DNA of 64,000 bases from Diadema antillarum (Eukaryota). The stretch spans positions 310,001-374,000 of the forward strand of contig NW_027271384.1 of NCBI RefSeq assembly GCF_040938485.1, read 5' to 3'. This document shows positions 1 to 14,679 of the stretch, piece after piece (position 1 is the stretch's first letter; every line of letters begins with the position of its first letter). Both the position numbers and the translations under genes were made by a program. The notes beneath the pieces are model-generated. The model made no database searches. It was not told where the DNA came from and was given only the letters and a program-made list of their open reading frames with translations.

Positions 1-28
1 TATATACCCCGTGATTATATACTGACCT

Positions 29-183
29 NNNNNNNNNNNNNNNNNNNNNNNNNNNNNNNNNNNNNNNNNNNNNNNNNNNNNNNNNNNNNNNNNNNNNNNN
101 NNNNNNNNNNNNNNNNNNNNNNNNNNNNNNNNNNNNNNNNNNNNNNNNNNNNNNNNNNNNNNNNNNNNNNNNNNNNNNNNNNN
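29..183. other. Assembly gap (first of seven)
   Basis: N runs at 29-183, 5203-5371, 5955-6120, 11280-11443, 12332-12519, 16521-16693 and 54456-54631. None interrupts an inferred exon. Confidence 0.99.
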
Positions 184-311
184 TGTTACCATCGATATGA
201 AAATGATGAGTGTATTTTTGCACTGGTTAACTTGTTTGATTACATGTATTGTACAGTTTTGTAAGCTTTATATAAATGTATTGTAGTAAGGGTAACATAA
301 AGTAAGTAAGA

Positions 312-344
312 GAGGGGACTGCATTTTGCAAGTGTGCTTTTTAG
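312..344 (+). repeat. LINE/SINE 3'-tail-like repeat; inverted homologue at 15541-15574
   Basis: GAGGGGACTGCATT(T/C)T(G/A)CAAG..TGCTTTTTAG is shared by both loci. Confidence 0.5.
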
Positions 345-1308
345 CAGCCCCTCAATTTCCATTTCCATCAAGTCCTTAATGAAACATGTCTTTTATTCCT
401 ACTGATTATGGATGTTACGAGAAATATACCTTATTTTTTACGCATGCGTTACCAATGTACAAGTTGTATATTGTTTAGAATTGAAAATTTAAAAAAAGGA
501 ATGAAATGAAACAAACCTGAGAACAGGTTATCAAAAGATGGGGTAAGTTGTTTACTATAGTATCTATCATGTTTTACCATAAAAACTGCAACTTGGAGAA
601 CTCGCTAATAGCAATCACTTTTAACGTTTTCAGCTTATAGAATAATAATTAATGGATACGTATATTAGCAAATAATTGCAGAGTATTAAGTTGAACAAAC
701 GAACATTTGTATAGTGTGCTAATTTAATTGTGACACTGCTCAGTCGTGACTCGAGAACACAGCGAAGTCTATAGACTTAGACTACAATACACTGAAGGGA
801 CGAATGAGTTTTATTTTTGTTCTCTTTTATATACATGTACCACGTAAATGTCGTGCACGGTTCAAAGGTTTCACCTTGAGGCAGGCGTTGTTATCAGAGC
901 GCTTTCGCTTACACTCCTACAGAAGGGGAATACAATGCACTGTAGTTATCTGTCTGGCAGAGATCGAGAGCTCTTTGGGATGTCATAGGCCAACGTTTGT
1001 TAGTCCTTCACATTTACCTCATAATAAAAGGAGCATCACAACATAGGAAAGGGGATCCGACATCTGAGGTTTAGAAAAAAAAAGAACTCATGGTGATTAA
1101 GATGATATTTCCCTCTTGGAATATTATATAGAAGTGTAGGCCTCCTGAAAGAGTGCAGTTAAACATTTCCCCAGGAGCTAGGGTGCAAAAGATCCCTTTC
1201 CACATCCAGATAATCTCAAACAGATATCTCTAGCTAGCAGAGCAGTGCGAGTTTCCCGTCAGCGACACTCATTGTAGGCCCCACAGCGTATTAATCAGCG
1301 AATTCCGA

Positions 1309-3881
1309 ATGATGGCTCTTGCTTCTGCACCTGATGGGAACTTGTCAGTTGTTCTTCACGCAAAGGACAAGATAGTGTTGGTGAGTATATTGTATCATAG
1401 GCCTGTAGGTCCTATTGACTTCAGTATTGTCACGGCTTGTCAGCCGTGTATTATGCTCAGACCCTCCAATCCAGGCTCGCTTATTACGGCCATGCACAGG
1501 GTACGTGAAGATCTAATTTAGTGTCTACGTGCACGTTACAGTATTCACCGGCAGTATAGCAATTGCTCGTGCCAGCCTTTTATTGCTTAGCTTGAATCTG
1601 TTGCTTTGATCAAAGCTTTTGCAAGCAAGTACTGCCCGCGATCATTTGCTAAGAGACCAACGTATTTCCTTATATAAAAACGTATGTATATTTACATTTA
1701 ATCTATTGTTTATTTATTCATGTATTCATTTACATTCATTTACATTCATTCACAACGAAAAATACAAATAAGCAAACAAACGGGGGCATGGTTATTATAC
1801 CCTTCAGTTCTGCTGATATCCAGCAAACCTGCTTTTCAAGGAAGCGTACGTAGTATACATAAACTTTCAGTTTAAAACAAACAATACAAACAAACATAAA
1901 AAACAAAGTATATATATTGGCCCTACATAGATACAGTCATATTTACAAATCATTCTTTACAACTACATTCGCAAAGGGTATTAAAATGGATACCAGTGTA
2001 TAAGTACACAGATCAACTCACAGAGTCAGATTAACATTATTTCCTATGTGCTTGGCAAAGTATAAGATCATAAGGTATGAGGTTGGTCGGCAGTGTTTCT
2101 TGAAAAAGGGGCAGTAAACTAAGCGTATGGATGGAAAGGGGTTGAGCATGGGAAGAGCATATTGGACAGGCTTATAGGAAGAACTATACCTTTTCCGTAC
2201 TCGGTGGACTATTGGTAACATGTATCCGTGTTACGTAATAAACGGGTCGCTGTGTGATCAGGCGATTCAGGTATTTGTTACATGTGTAGAGGCGGTGCAA
2301 ACCTGTTGAAGATGAGACAATGAGACAATGCTGTTATTTTATCCTGTCTTCAGTATCTTGCCAATTTAGTGTTGGAATAAAATGTGATACAGATTCTTGT
2401 TGCTTTATATCGAAAATCATTATATGAATATATCTATTTTGCATCGTTTGTAATTTCTTAATTCTTTTTTTTTTTGTGATTTGGAACATTAACCCCAGCT
2501 TGTGAAACAGTAATCTATGTGGGGTAAAACTAATGAGTAATACAAATTGATAATGGTTTTACGTAAAAAGATTTCACTCTTCGAATGCTTTTCACGGGCT
2601 GTTTTGGCACATAATATATAACATATACGTGTTTAGACCAGTTCAAAGTAGGTTCCTAATAACTCAGCTGTTCAATATACTGGTCATTGTACATATCACA
2701 CAAAATTTTCAATGTTACAATTTCTTTCTCGGACCAAACACCATTTACATTTATAACATTTTGTTTATTTTCATCCACTGACAAATCTGATCACACTGTA
2801 ATTGCTTTTCCTCTCGTAATAATTACATATTCTTTTTTCTACAAAATATTCCTGTGTCATCTGCATAAAGAGACAATTTAACATTCAATGATATATGTAT
2901 AATTATGTTACACAGGGTCATTAATATATATTATATATACAAAGCAATAATGGACCCAGTGTTGAATCGTGGGGTACACCAGATTTCACGGTATAGTCAC
3001 TGAGAATACAATTTGTACAAACACATTGTTGTCTACCACTTAAATAGTTTCTGAACCACTGTGGTTCTTGAGAGAATACCCCATATATCTTGTAAGTTCA
3101 TGAATAATAAAATCATGCAGGTCCTGGGCCCTGTTTCATAAACCTGTTCGTAAAGTTACGAACAATTTACGAGCGACTGGTGATCAGTTCTGATGTGCTA
3201 TAATTATCAGAATTTCCATAATTCAGCTCAAGAACTGATCACCAGTCGCTCGTAAGTCGTTCGTAACTTTACGAACAGCTTTATGAAACAGGGCCCAGGA
3301 GGAAGTCCGTCATTAAGATTAGAGAGAGGAAGAAAGTGAGATTGCGTAATAAAAGTGAGTAAAACCTGCATACATGCATAAATAATCAGTCATGGCTGTT
3401 GAGATGCAACAACATCAATATATCAGAGAGTTAAAAAAATGAGAGGGGTGGGTGCCTGGCGATTAAAAAAGATCTTAACAAAAGATAAAGTAAAAAAGGG
3501 GGATATTAAAGGCTAAAGCAAAAGACTTGATTTCAACATATACCAATTAGGGTCTACTTAACACATTTTATCTTCACTTGATATCACAACATTAAAAATA
3601 GTTTTAAGAAGTGAAGAAATTAATGAAAGGACCCTCGCAAAAAACAAAAACAATAAACATTCATTTATCTTACAACAACCATTTCAACACGAAAAAAAAA
3701 ATCGGAATAAAAAAATATATACAGGCCTATAGTAATGTTGATGATGGCTTCCTGTCCAAAAGCCTGTGAAAAGGGGTCTCAATCTTCAGGACTGGAGTGA
3801 ATTAGAAATGAATTGATCACTTTTTATGTTGAACAAAGAAGACTTAATTTTCCGTATCCTGTATGATTGTTAATACCTATA

Positions 3882-3925
<44 letters not shown>

Positions 3926-6900
3926 TCCCCCCCCCCCCCTATGAAAACACGTTTATCAATGGAGAATTATTTATCGGACTGGTGTGAGACCTAAAAACGT
4001 GCCTTCGCCATAATTGCCTTGCTGATAGTCTTTAACAAGACGCGCCTTGTGGAATACAAACTTAAAGCCATATGGTAGGCTTAAATAGATTGCCCTATTG
4101 TCTGTGCTTGAAATATACATCGTGATCGTGATTACAGTCTGACGCGAATACATGAGTGACCATTACCGTAAGTCCATCAAGCCACGCTCTGCATGAGCTA
4201 TAGCAATGGTATCATGGTAACGCCACTTAAACTTGTTTTGATGAAATGTCGAATGTAAGCGATCATAATTATCTAGCTCGTGCTTCACAATATCTGATAA
4301 GACTGAAAAAGGAGAACCCTTATCATGCCTGATTACAAGAACAATGGCGGGCCTCTAATACTTGTATTGCAATCTGAAATATATTTAAAAAGATTGATTT
4401 GCATGTATACAACTAGAATGATGCGAAGCGTTTATGGAATCTCTCGGCATTTCAGATTTTACTCTTTTTTTTATTGAGAAGAAAACTGTACTTTCGTTGT
4501 CTAATAAAATTCATTTATTGCCATACTTAGTCATGAAGTTGTTCGAAAATATTTCACGGTGTGGTGTCTATTGTGTGTCAACATCCAGCAGTATGATTCG
4601 GCACGCCAAATTGAATGCCATGTCTATGCACAGGACTTCAATAAAAAAAATAGAAATAATGACGCCCGTCGAAAGATACAATGTGCGCGCAAGTTATTTG
4701 TGTCGTGATACAAAGTAGACAGTGCCTTCATAATTGGACGAGCGAGAATATAACGAAGGGCACGGGTGAATAACATGTACAACAATATGTAGTGTATGTA
4801 CTTGTATAGATCTTGAAGTTTGTACTTCGAACTCGATATGTAAATTCAAAGTGAAAAAAAAAATGTTTTACAAGTGCATGTAAAGTTCATTAAATTTCCT
4901 ACTCGTGCAATATGTGGTTGGCATACTTGTATACAATATCGTGAATGTGAGGGATTTACTATTTTACTTAAATGTGTATGTGATTGTTCATCCTTCATTT
5001 TGTTTAAAATTCTTTCTTGTATTATGCAGGAAGATTCGCCAATCCCTGAGCCAAAGGAGAATGGTAAGGCAGTAAATGCATATCATATAGGGAAAGTTAC
5101 TTTACCCGAGTGTCAGAGATATTTTGACATTTTTGGAATGACAAAAAATGGACCAGAATATGATAATAATAATAATAATAATAATAATAATCTTAATAAT
5201 AANNNNNNNNNNNNNNNNNNNNNNNNNNNNNNNNNNNNNNNNNNNNNNNNNNNNNNNNNNNNNNNNNNNNNNNNNNNNNNNNNNNNNNNNNNNNNNNNNN
5301 NNNNNNNNNNNNNNNNNNNNNNNNNNNNNNNNNNNNNNNNNNNNNNNNNNNNNNNNNNNNNNNNNNNNNNNGTTGTACCAACGACATTAACTCATTCTGT
5401 ATAATGGGAAGCGAAGGGACTCACAATGAAGGAGATAATAATGATTGTTGAAATGTCTCTAAAAGTTGATTTTCATGATGGGACCAACTGAAAGTGCTGG
5501 GCGACACTTGTCCCTTGCTTACCGATGGGGTACAATAAAAAAGATAATAAATTTGTTGTCGACAATTTGCTCATCACAACACAAGATTCGAAGCCACAGT
5601 ATTTAATCAACATCAATACACACACACATACACACATGCTCACATCACACACACACACACACACCCAAGCAAACAACCACAAACAACCACTCAAAAACTT
5701 ACAAACAGAACAAAAAGAAGGAAAATAATAAACACCCTCGCTATGTCTTGATACTTCTATTTACTCCTACAATAATACATAATTGCTGCAAAGTACAGGT
5801 ATACAAAAACATTTCAAAAGCCGTATTATGCCCAGTATTATGTAAAAATGCGTTTTTGCGCGTAATATTATTATACTAAGTACATGAATGCATTGCTGTA
5901 TAAGAAAACTGATACCACAAAGCCTTATAACACCAACGAAGAAAAATTAACATCNNNNNNNNNNNNNNNNNNNNNNNNNNNNNNNNNNNNNNNNNNNNNN
6001 NNNNNNNNNNNNNNNNNNNNNNNNNNNNNNNNNNNNNNNNNNNNNNNNNNNNNNNNNNNNNNNNNNNNNNNNNNNNNNNNNNNNNNNNNNNNNNNNNNNN
6101 NNNNNNNNNNNNNNNNNNNNTTCTCTTAGGGGGAGGGGTCGTGGTGATAAAGGTGTTCCCGGAATGTTTTTTTTTTAAATAATTTACTTATTATCTTTCT
6201 GTGGTTGTGACGCCGTTGACTAGCAATTATTTTCGAGGAATACTGAAGGAGGATCTCGATGCCTTATGCGATTCCCACAACAAAGTGTTCCTAGCTCGGG
6301 CTGATCAGTTGACGCTGATTTTTTTCGGACTTCAATACATTCCTTGATGTGATCTCAAAGTTGACAATGGTATAGGTCTTGAACCTTGAACCTTGAAGTA
6401 GTAATCCCTTTCAGCAGTTCCTTGAAACTATCCCGGGATGAGTCTCTCTATAAAGGCCACATATAAAGTTTCCCTTGAGTGGCCTTTCTATATACAGACA
6501 TTCTATTTCGGTAAAAGCGATGAGTTTCCGTAGAGACCATTATTTTATCTACATGTGTTAGACCACATTTATGTGTGGTTGTGTGGATGTCTTTTTTTTC
6601 AGAGGTCCAGCTCAAAATGGCAGCAGTGGGAATCTGTGGGTCAGATATTCATATGTGGTCCGATGGCTCCATAGGCGACCTTGGAATCACATCGCCAAAA
6701 ACTCTAGGTCACGAAGCTAGCGGCACTGTGACAGCAGTGGGATCAAATGTTACGTCATTGAAAGTTGGTGAGTCATCACCATCAGTAATTTGAACCTCCT
6801 GTTGGCCAGATTTCACTCCAAACACACACAGACAAACACACACATACATTTTACAGCGAAGTTTCTTTCTTATTCATTTCATATAATGAAAAAAATCTCA

Positions 6901-9900
6901 TATTTCAGCTGCATAAATATAAAACTTGTCTTATAACCACCCAGAATAAAAAAAAAAATGCCAACGCTGATATATATCTTATTATTATGGGAACATGCTT
7001 ATACTTGTATTAGCTAAAATGACATTTTTGTGAATTTCGTACATAAAATTCGTGAAAAATTATGAGGGCATGACATCATCAACTCGCTGATTTCAAAATG
7101 TCGTATCTTCCTTATTTCTTATCCGAGTTTGATCATTTTTGTATCATTTTGTAGGGAATATTTCTCTCTTTCGTTTGACGTTTATCTAATATTGGGGTGG
7201 ATTTCTGATTAAAGAAAAAAAAACTAAATCAATGTGCATTTAACAATCAAGAAAATATTCAATTATGATTTCTTCCATTATGTTTTGTAATGTGAATAGG
7301 TGACAGGGTGGCTTTGGAACCCGGTATACCGTGTTTGAGGTGCGACATCTGTAAAGGTGGTCGCTACAATGTTTGTCCGAGTATGCTCTATACTGGTGTG
7401 ACTGTTGACGGTGGACTAAGAAGATACGCTTGCCATCCTGCCGAATTTTGCTTTAAGTAATAAATAATTGCGATTCTCTTTCTCATTCAGCCCCAATTAA
7501 GTAAATACTTGCAGCCGTAACAAACAGCAATTGCAGCTATATTAAAGACATTGATATTGTTATCATTTGATATGAAATGTCATTATATAAACTTACCAAA
7601 ATTATCTTAACTCATACTTTTATTTTAGAAATGTAATTATGATATACACTTGTATCTGTTTGTGCTCGTGTAACTCTAGTTGGGCAGTGAAGTCAGATGA
7701 ACTGTCGTCATAATTAGCTATTATGGATTGATTCAAATCTTATTTATAAATGTCACTTTAATCGCTCATGCCAAGCAGTTCTCTGTTAAACTTCATTTGT
7801 ACATGACTTTGAAAAAAGCTAAGATTTACATATTGTCTTTGTGCTACTATCATGAACTATATATCAGTAAACCTAGTCAACTGGACTTCATACTTAATTA
7901 TGTTTTTGGAGTAGCGACGCTTCACGTCATCTCCGGGACTCTTTATCAAGCCGACTGATCTTTGGCGGCAATTGGTTGTTGACCCGTGACAGGGTCGGGG
8001 AATTTTACGTCTGCCTGATGAAACGTCCCGGAGAGGACGTGAAACGTCACTACTTCAACGATACAAGTAAGTCCAGTTGACTAAATTTACTGATATGTTC
8101 ATGATCTACTTTACCTGGATGACTGAGAACATTCACAGACAATAGTTGGATGTTTGCAAAACAGGTAAACAATTAGTGTTACACAAGTAACTTTATACCT
8201 AGGAAAATTTTGTATTTATATATATGAATTGTTATTCTCTGTTTACTGTCCCGTTTTCCTCCTAGTTCCGTTTTGATTCAAGTTCAACCGTTTGTATATT
8301 TGCTGTCATTCTTTTTTTTTTTAAATGAAAGTCGATTTGAGATGGAGGGAGGTGGAGTGGAGTTTTAAAGTGAAGTTCACACCACTTTGCAGACTGCCTG
8401 ACCACGTGAGTCTGGAAGAGGGCGCACTTCTCGAACCATTGTGCGTTGCTATCCATGCTTGCCGAAGGGCCAGCGTCTATGCAGGGTCCAAGGTACTGAT
8501 CTGTGGCGCAGGTAATTGTGATGTTCTCTTACACATTGATTCTTAATTAACGCAGTATATCTAGTGGCAAGAGCAGTTGAAGTAAAGGCGTTTTAGAAAA
8601 ACGAACTGATGTGCTGTGGTGTAAAAGTATAATACGCGCTGTACAGACCTCGGAAAAAAAAATAAGGCAAATACACTACAATATTCATATTCTTGAAAAT
8701 TCTTGATGTTTTGGTGAAATCTAAAATAATCGTATATATCATTTTGATCGTTCGTGTTCTCCATTTGGCTTGGCAAAACTTTGGAAGTATTTTCGTCGCC
8801 AGTTGGTCTCGAGGATTGAATAACAATATATTTGCGAAGGCATGCAAGAGCCTTGAACGCATTTTTTTTTTCAACTTAATCTGATTAAACTGAGGAAATG
8901 ATTTGTCCGACCGAATGGATTTAATTACCGAGTGTGAAACTGAAACGCACGAAAAGTGGCAGCCAACCGTTGCTTCAGATTGTTTTGTTCTTTGTTATGT
9001 GCCATTCATTGGTGATTTATAGGGCCGATCGGACTACTGTGTCTTTTGACTGTAAGAGTCATGGGGGCAGCATCTGTTGTTATCACAGGTCAGTAAAACT
9101 TTTTCTTTTTCCTTTTTCTTTATTTTTATGTTTTGGGTCATCCGTATGTTCGTCTGTACTGCCTAGATCTCATTAAAATGACTGACAAAAAAAAAATACT
9201 AAAATTCTTTTTTTCAGTGCTTAGCAATGATATCATTTTAGGCGAAGTATTTTGTGGTCAGGATCTAATTAATGCCCGTCAACTTTGATTCAGAATGTTA
9301 TATTCCCTCCATAACTTAAGCTGGAATAAGCTGGGCTGAAATTGAGATAGAGTATACAGTCTTATTATTTATCTGCATAAAACTCACCTTCATAGTTCGC
9401 TATGTGACTGGTTTATGGGATAATAATATTACATGTATCATAAGAATGTTCACCATCCTCTGGTATTGAATCAATGTTCTCTACAGATCTCGTACAGAGT
9501 CGTCTGGATATGGCCGTTCAGCTGGGCGCTGACCATGCGGTTCTTGTGGACACCAAGGATGTCCAAGAGATGGTCAAGCGTATCCACACTGCCCTTGGGG
9601 ATAAACCCAACATCACCTTGGAGTGTACTGGGGCGCCCGCTGCTCTACAGACAGCAATTCATGTGAGTATGTCAGTTATCTGCATATATGCGTCATATTT
9701 GCATATGAAAATTCGAATTCACTCATATACAAATGTAATTTAACTTGCTAAAATTCCACATTAAGTAATGATGAATGGCAGAAATGTTAGAATTCAAACT
9801 TGGACGATATTTAACAATGAAGAAGTTAGGATATTTAGAATATATTGACCAAAAAAAAAATCCATCAAAGGTTGTATTAGGGTCAAATCCTATGTCATCA

Positions 9901-11801
9901 TATCACGCAAGGACCAATGTAGAATATCGAATTCATCCGAAGAGAAACAAGGTAAGGTGGTAGAGTAACAGGAGATATATTTAGGACTTACAGCCTAATC
10001 CCTATTTGGAGTTTAAAGGTTAACGGAAGCAGAGCCTCTCTTCAAAGTGAGAAAACGAGATAGTAATTGAGTCCTCGATGTAAAATGAGTGGATGTAAAT
10101 CAACACTTTCCTTATAAGAGGAACTAAGATATCCACTGACGATTATACAGATTCCAACCGGTTCTCGTAGACGATTACTTCAGATTAATAGGAGAGATAA
10201 TGGTCTGATGACCGCATTCTTGTTGACTTCCTGATTTCAAAGTACAATATAGTACATGTATAGCACAAATGACGGACCGAAAATAAAGGAAGGTTCGTTA
10301 ATCCGAAAAGGGAAAAGAAAGTGCGTACTAACAAACCTTCGGAATAACAAAGATTTTTATGTTTTCGGATTAACCAATCTCCGGAATAACGACATTTTTT
10401 CATTATCGGATGCATGAATCATGGAATAACGAACCTTATTTCATAACGAATCTTCGGAATAGCCAACCTTACTTCATCTTTGGATTGACGATCCTTCGTT
10501 GATAACTCTTAGTGATGAGAGACGAAACGTTAGATATTACTCACTGTACTTAAGCTATTTTCTTCTTTTTTTCGTGTCACATTTCAGCTTTTAATGTCCA
10601 GTGGTGATTCAATTTTGGATCTATATTTATAGGAAGGATGAGACATTTATTTCGCTGAAGTCACAAGTTGGAAAGGTCACTGGTTCAAAAGCCACTATAG
10701 CCTTAGCTCAAAACTGCAGTTTTTTAGCCATTATGGATAGTCAAAAAAAAAAGGAACTCGGATCGTCCCTCCTACCCCCCCCCCCCCCCTCTGCAAAGAA
10801 AGTTAGTCCTCGGTGTCAATAAATAGGATCATTGAATTGCCTCTAAATGTAAATGAATGGCCACTATTATTTGGACTACGGTTATTTCATCAACAACAAA
10901 AAAGTGAGGGCATTCCAGCTGAATGAGCGCAGTAGCCAAATACTTGAGCTCGTATTAACATGAAAGCTAACGCACTTCGATTGATCCGGTAGAAATGGAT
11001 ACTAGTATATCGTTGATCGATTCTACATGGTTCTGTTAACAGGCTACCCAGATAGGAGGTGTTGTGACTTTGGTTGGACTGGGCCCATATAACATTGATC
11101 TTCCAATCATCCTGGCAGCATTCAAAGAATTGGACGTTCGCGGCGCCATCATGCAACTGAACTGGTGAGTGAATTCTCCTCTGTCCGTCCAAACCAGTGT
11201 ATGCTGTAACCCCCACCTCCTTTGTTTTGATTTATACTATGATATGATTTCAATTACCTCTTACCAAAACGGCATACAANNNNNNNNNNNNNNNNNNNNN
11301 NNNNNNNNNNNNNNNNNNNNNNNNNNNNNNNNNNNNNNNNNNNNNNNNNNNNNNNNNNNNNNNNNNNNNNNNNNNNNNNNNNNNNNNNNNNNNNNNNNNN
11401 NNNNNNNNNNNNNNNNNNNNNNNNNNNNNNNNNNNNNNNNNNNATTGTTGATATAAATTATCTTATCAGGACCTTTCTGTATTATAAATACATTGTAATC
11501 TATGTCTATCTACATATTCAAGTTATTTAGTGTTCGAAATGATGTATTAGCTTTGTATATTCTGCTTTAATCGCAATCTTTATATTCGAATGACTACCAT
11601 ACATCAACCGTAAATTTTGATTGTTGTTTAAAATCTGCTTGTAGTTTCCCGACTGCTCTGGACATGATAGCGAGCGGTAAAGTGAATGCCAAGCCGATCA
11701 TCACCCACCATTTCAAGCTGAGCGAGGCGATGAAAGCCTTTGAGACTGCCAAGGCTGGGGCAGACGGCGCCATCAAGGTCATGATCCACTGTGACCAATA
11801 G
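1309..11801 (+). CDS. SORD: Sorbitol dehydrogenase-like Zn-dependent medium-chain dehydrogenase, paralogue 1 (9 exons, 355 aa)
   Basis: Exons 1309-1380, 5030-5063, 6603-6767, 7300-7456, 8393-8511, 9023-9088, 9487-9662, 11043-11164, 11645-11801. All introns GT-AG, phases consistent, 1068 nt open. Motifs [57 protein letters not shown]. Exon sizes match the vertebrate SORD structure as I recall it. Substrate may not be sorbitol (see findings). Confidence 0.93.
2020..3120 (-). mobile_element. Decayed CR1/L2-group LINE (RT relic) in SORD1 intron 1
   Basis: Broken frames give [27 protein letters not shown] and LYADDT (about 2853-2870). Confidence 0.7.
3127..3295. mobile_element. Small palindromic Harbinger-like MITE
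   Basis: About 60-bp imperfect inverted arms starting GGCCCTGTTTCATAAA, with CTG/CAG flanks. Sits at the end of a LINE relic. Confidence 0.7.
7850..8142. mobile_element. Penelope-like element relic (inverted pseudo-LTR ends) with hammerhead-like motif
   Basis: Two inverted copies of CTGATGA..stem..GAAACGTC..AAGTCCAGTTGACT, ending in ACCTGGATGACTGAGAACATTCACAGACA, which I recall as the typical Penelope/Poseidon terminus. Confidence 0.7.
8015..8048 (+). ncRNA. Minimal type I hammerhead ribozyme core (probably degenerate)
   Basis: CTGATGA-A-[ACGTCC cggaga GGACGT]-GAAA-CGTC. Helix I pairing is poor. Confidence 0.45.
10270..10505. repeat. Degenerate TTCGGAATAACGAACC-type subrepeat element; related copy at about 14290-14535
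   Basis: Multiple AACC/TTCGGAATAAC motifs in both orientations at both loci. Confidence 0.45.
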
Positions 11802-11993
11802 ATGGCGTCCTATGAGGTTTCCAAGTGATATTGAGGTTTTCAAGGATTCTATCATAGCGTGAAACACAGCATATAATTTGTGCCAATGCCAGGTTCAAGT
11901 GTGTACGTGTGTGTCACACACAAACACTGTATAGCTTCTGACCATTCGAGTATTGAGAATTTAGGATTTCTGGGACGAACACTGAACTAGGAC

Positions 11994-12063
11994 TTTCTAT
12001 AGCTCGGTCGGTAGAGCACTGGGCTAGCATCCGGAAGTCTCGGGTTCGAATCCCGATGGAATA
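11994..12063 (+). mobile_element. tRNA-like (SINE head) relic
   Basis: D arm GCTC..GAGC, T arm TCGGG-TTCGAAT-CCCGA, A and B boxes; poor anticodon arm. Confidence 0.55.
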
Positions 12064-13071
12064 TAAGATATTCAGGGGTGTCAGATAACATGATCGTGTG
12101 ATAACGGATCATAATGAGTATACTGATCCATTTGGCCATGATTAAGGTCTCTATTGATCCCCAGTCAAATACAGTGCTTTGTTAAGATATTCTTCTATGG
12201 GTAATGCCTTTGATTTGGAGCGCAGATATGCCTAATTTCTTTAATCAACCTTAGTCGATACGTTACTGTTTCTCTAAGATTTAGTCACATTTACAGTACA
12301 ATTTTCTATATAATTTTATCCATCACTCTGTNNNNNNNNNNNNNNNNNNNNNNNNNNNNNNNNNNNNNNNNNNNNNNNNNNNNNNNNNNNNNNNNNNNNN
12401 NNNNNNNNNNNNNNNNNNNNNNNNNNNNNNNNNNNNNNNNNNNNNNNNNNNNNNNNNNNNNNNNNNNNNNNNNNNNNNNNNNNNNNNNNNNNNNNNNNNN
12501 NNNNNNNNNNNNNNNNNNNAGAAACAATTTAGGTGTAAACATAATCCTATCAAAAATTGAACAGAACAAGCTCATGCTGACAGTACCAAGTTTAATTTGG
12601 CACACAAATTTTCGAGCTCCTCTCCCTTTATCAAGTGTTCTTGTGTGCATTATTATAATCGTATATTATAATTTTAGTCATGTATGTATGTGTGTTTTGT
12701 GTGTGTTTGTTAATGGACATATTGGAATTGCCTGCAAGAAAGTGTAAGAAGCAAAAATTCAATTCTGTGGGATAAACATTTCTTTTTGTTGAATATTGCT
12801 ATTGGGTATAAATTGTCTATGACAGTCTCATCATCGCAGTCATTCAGAGCAAGAAATGCCGTGTATTATCCTTCAAGTCGAGTGCCTCAGCACAGATGTA
12901 CTTCGATGGAACATCTGGACAATGCATTTAGCATTACAGTGTATAATGCTTTAATAGATCATACAGGATCAAATTAGAAGGTAGAGAAACAGACTGAACA
13001 GCAGTTTAATTCATATTGAAACTGAGTGCTAGTACTGAACATGCTATTATGACATCACAATATTGTTATTA

Positions 13072-13603
13072 CAGTGTACTCCCGTTATAACGAAATGCTC
13101 GGGACCGGCAGTGTTCTTTCGTTATAACGAAATTTCGTTATAACCGAACAAATACAATATATAACAAAAACAAAGAAACCGTGCATAGTATTATATTCTG
13201 TTTGTTGAATACTCATCGTACACTGGAAAGCAATGTGAAATGGAATGGTACCTTTTTAATTTCGTTTAAATATTACATTTAAAACTATTCGTGACACACG
13301 GAGCAAACACACGGTGTTGTGAAGCATTCTTCCATGCAGAGACGCTATAGAAATGCTTGTTCCGCTACGTATTTTCGAAAGCGATCCGCATTTCGTTATA
13401 ACGGAGCACATTTCTTTTGTTTTTCTTTGTCAGTGGGGCTCGGAAAAGACTTCGTTATGACGAAAATTTCGCTATAACCGTGTTCGATATAAGCGAATTT
13501 TGTTCCATAGACTTTAATGGCGATAATTTTGGGACCATAAGTTTTACTTCGTTATATAACGAAATTTCGTTATAACCGTGTTCGTTGTACCGGGAGTGCA
13601 CTG
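13072..13603. mobile_element. Tc1/mariner (pogo/Tigger-like) MITE, copy A
   Basis: TA TSD; TIR CAGTG(T/C)ACTCCCGTTATAACGAA; many CGTTATAACG subrepeats; reverse-complement homologue at 50186-50722. Confidence 0.85.
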
Positions 13604-14679
13604 TATAAGAAGGTAGTGATTATTATGATACATTACGGTGAACTGGTAGGATAGGGAATTGTTATGGTGTTAATCCATCAATACTGAATTCCGAAATCCC
13701 CGAAGACTTATTTTTTTTCTGTATGATTTGTGTATGCTCCTGTATGTTCCGGTATCATGTTATGTAACTATTTGCTGTTGTTTTTTAAGATGCACTGACT
13801 TGTGAAAGAACAGCCTGTGGCTGAATCAAGTGCACGTGTGGAAATGAAATAAACGAAATGAAATACATGTACACAGGCCACCAGGTTCGTACAGGAAACG
13901 ATATTTCATAGAAAAGTAGCAAAAGGTATTTGTTGTTATTTTGTTCATGTTTTTATTGTTTTATCTCTTCAAACTGTTTTCAACGTAAGCAAAATTATAT
14001 ATTTCATAGTACTCAACATGACATACATTGGCTAATAAACGAATACAAGGTACAATATGATGTACTATGATTTAGCGAAATAATAAATCATAACATGTAG
14101 TTATATGTCTTACAAGATCATAACATTTCCTTGCAATCATTATCCTATGATTAATCTCTTGGAATTAATGACTGAACTATACTGGAGATCGCCATCATAA
14201 CCTGATTTCGATGTCGGCTTGAAAAAAAAAAAAACCAGAAAATGTATGAGTGAATAATTTGATTTCGATTGGATTGGATTGGATAATGTGTCTGTCCGAA
14301 AAATAGTTCGTTATTCCGAATGTACTTTGTTCCGAAACACAAATTCCGAATACCTAGAGTGTTCTTCAATTGTCAAACATTAAAGATGCGTTATTCTGAA
14401 GGTTTGTTATTCCCAGGTTGCGTGCTAACGAATTACGAAGCTTGGTTTGTTTTTTTAATTAACGAACTTTAGGAATAATGAGCTTTGTTTCATTTTCAGA
14501 TTTAAGAACCTTCGGTATAACAAGCTGTAACCCTTTCTAGCACTTCAGCATTCATTGTCCGTACAGACCGCTTGTGTTGATTTCCAAATGCTTGTCATCT
14601 AAGTACATGTTTGGTTCAAACTAATTTAGGTGGTGTACCGGTAACTCTCAACCCGATAGAGTTTGGGATGAATTGCACG

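Noticed and set aside
4874-5404. ORFs that run through N gaps (also near 5884, 11169, 12306, 16456 and 54253)
   Set aside because: Their length is an artefact of untranslatable Ns.
11994-12063. Functional tRNA gene
   Set aside because: The anticodon arm is irregular (8-nt loop, 4 bp), the acceptor stem is weak and there is no Pol III T-run terminator.
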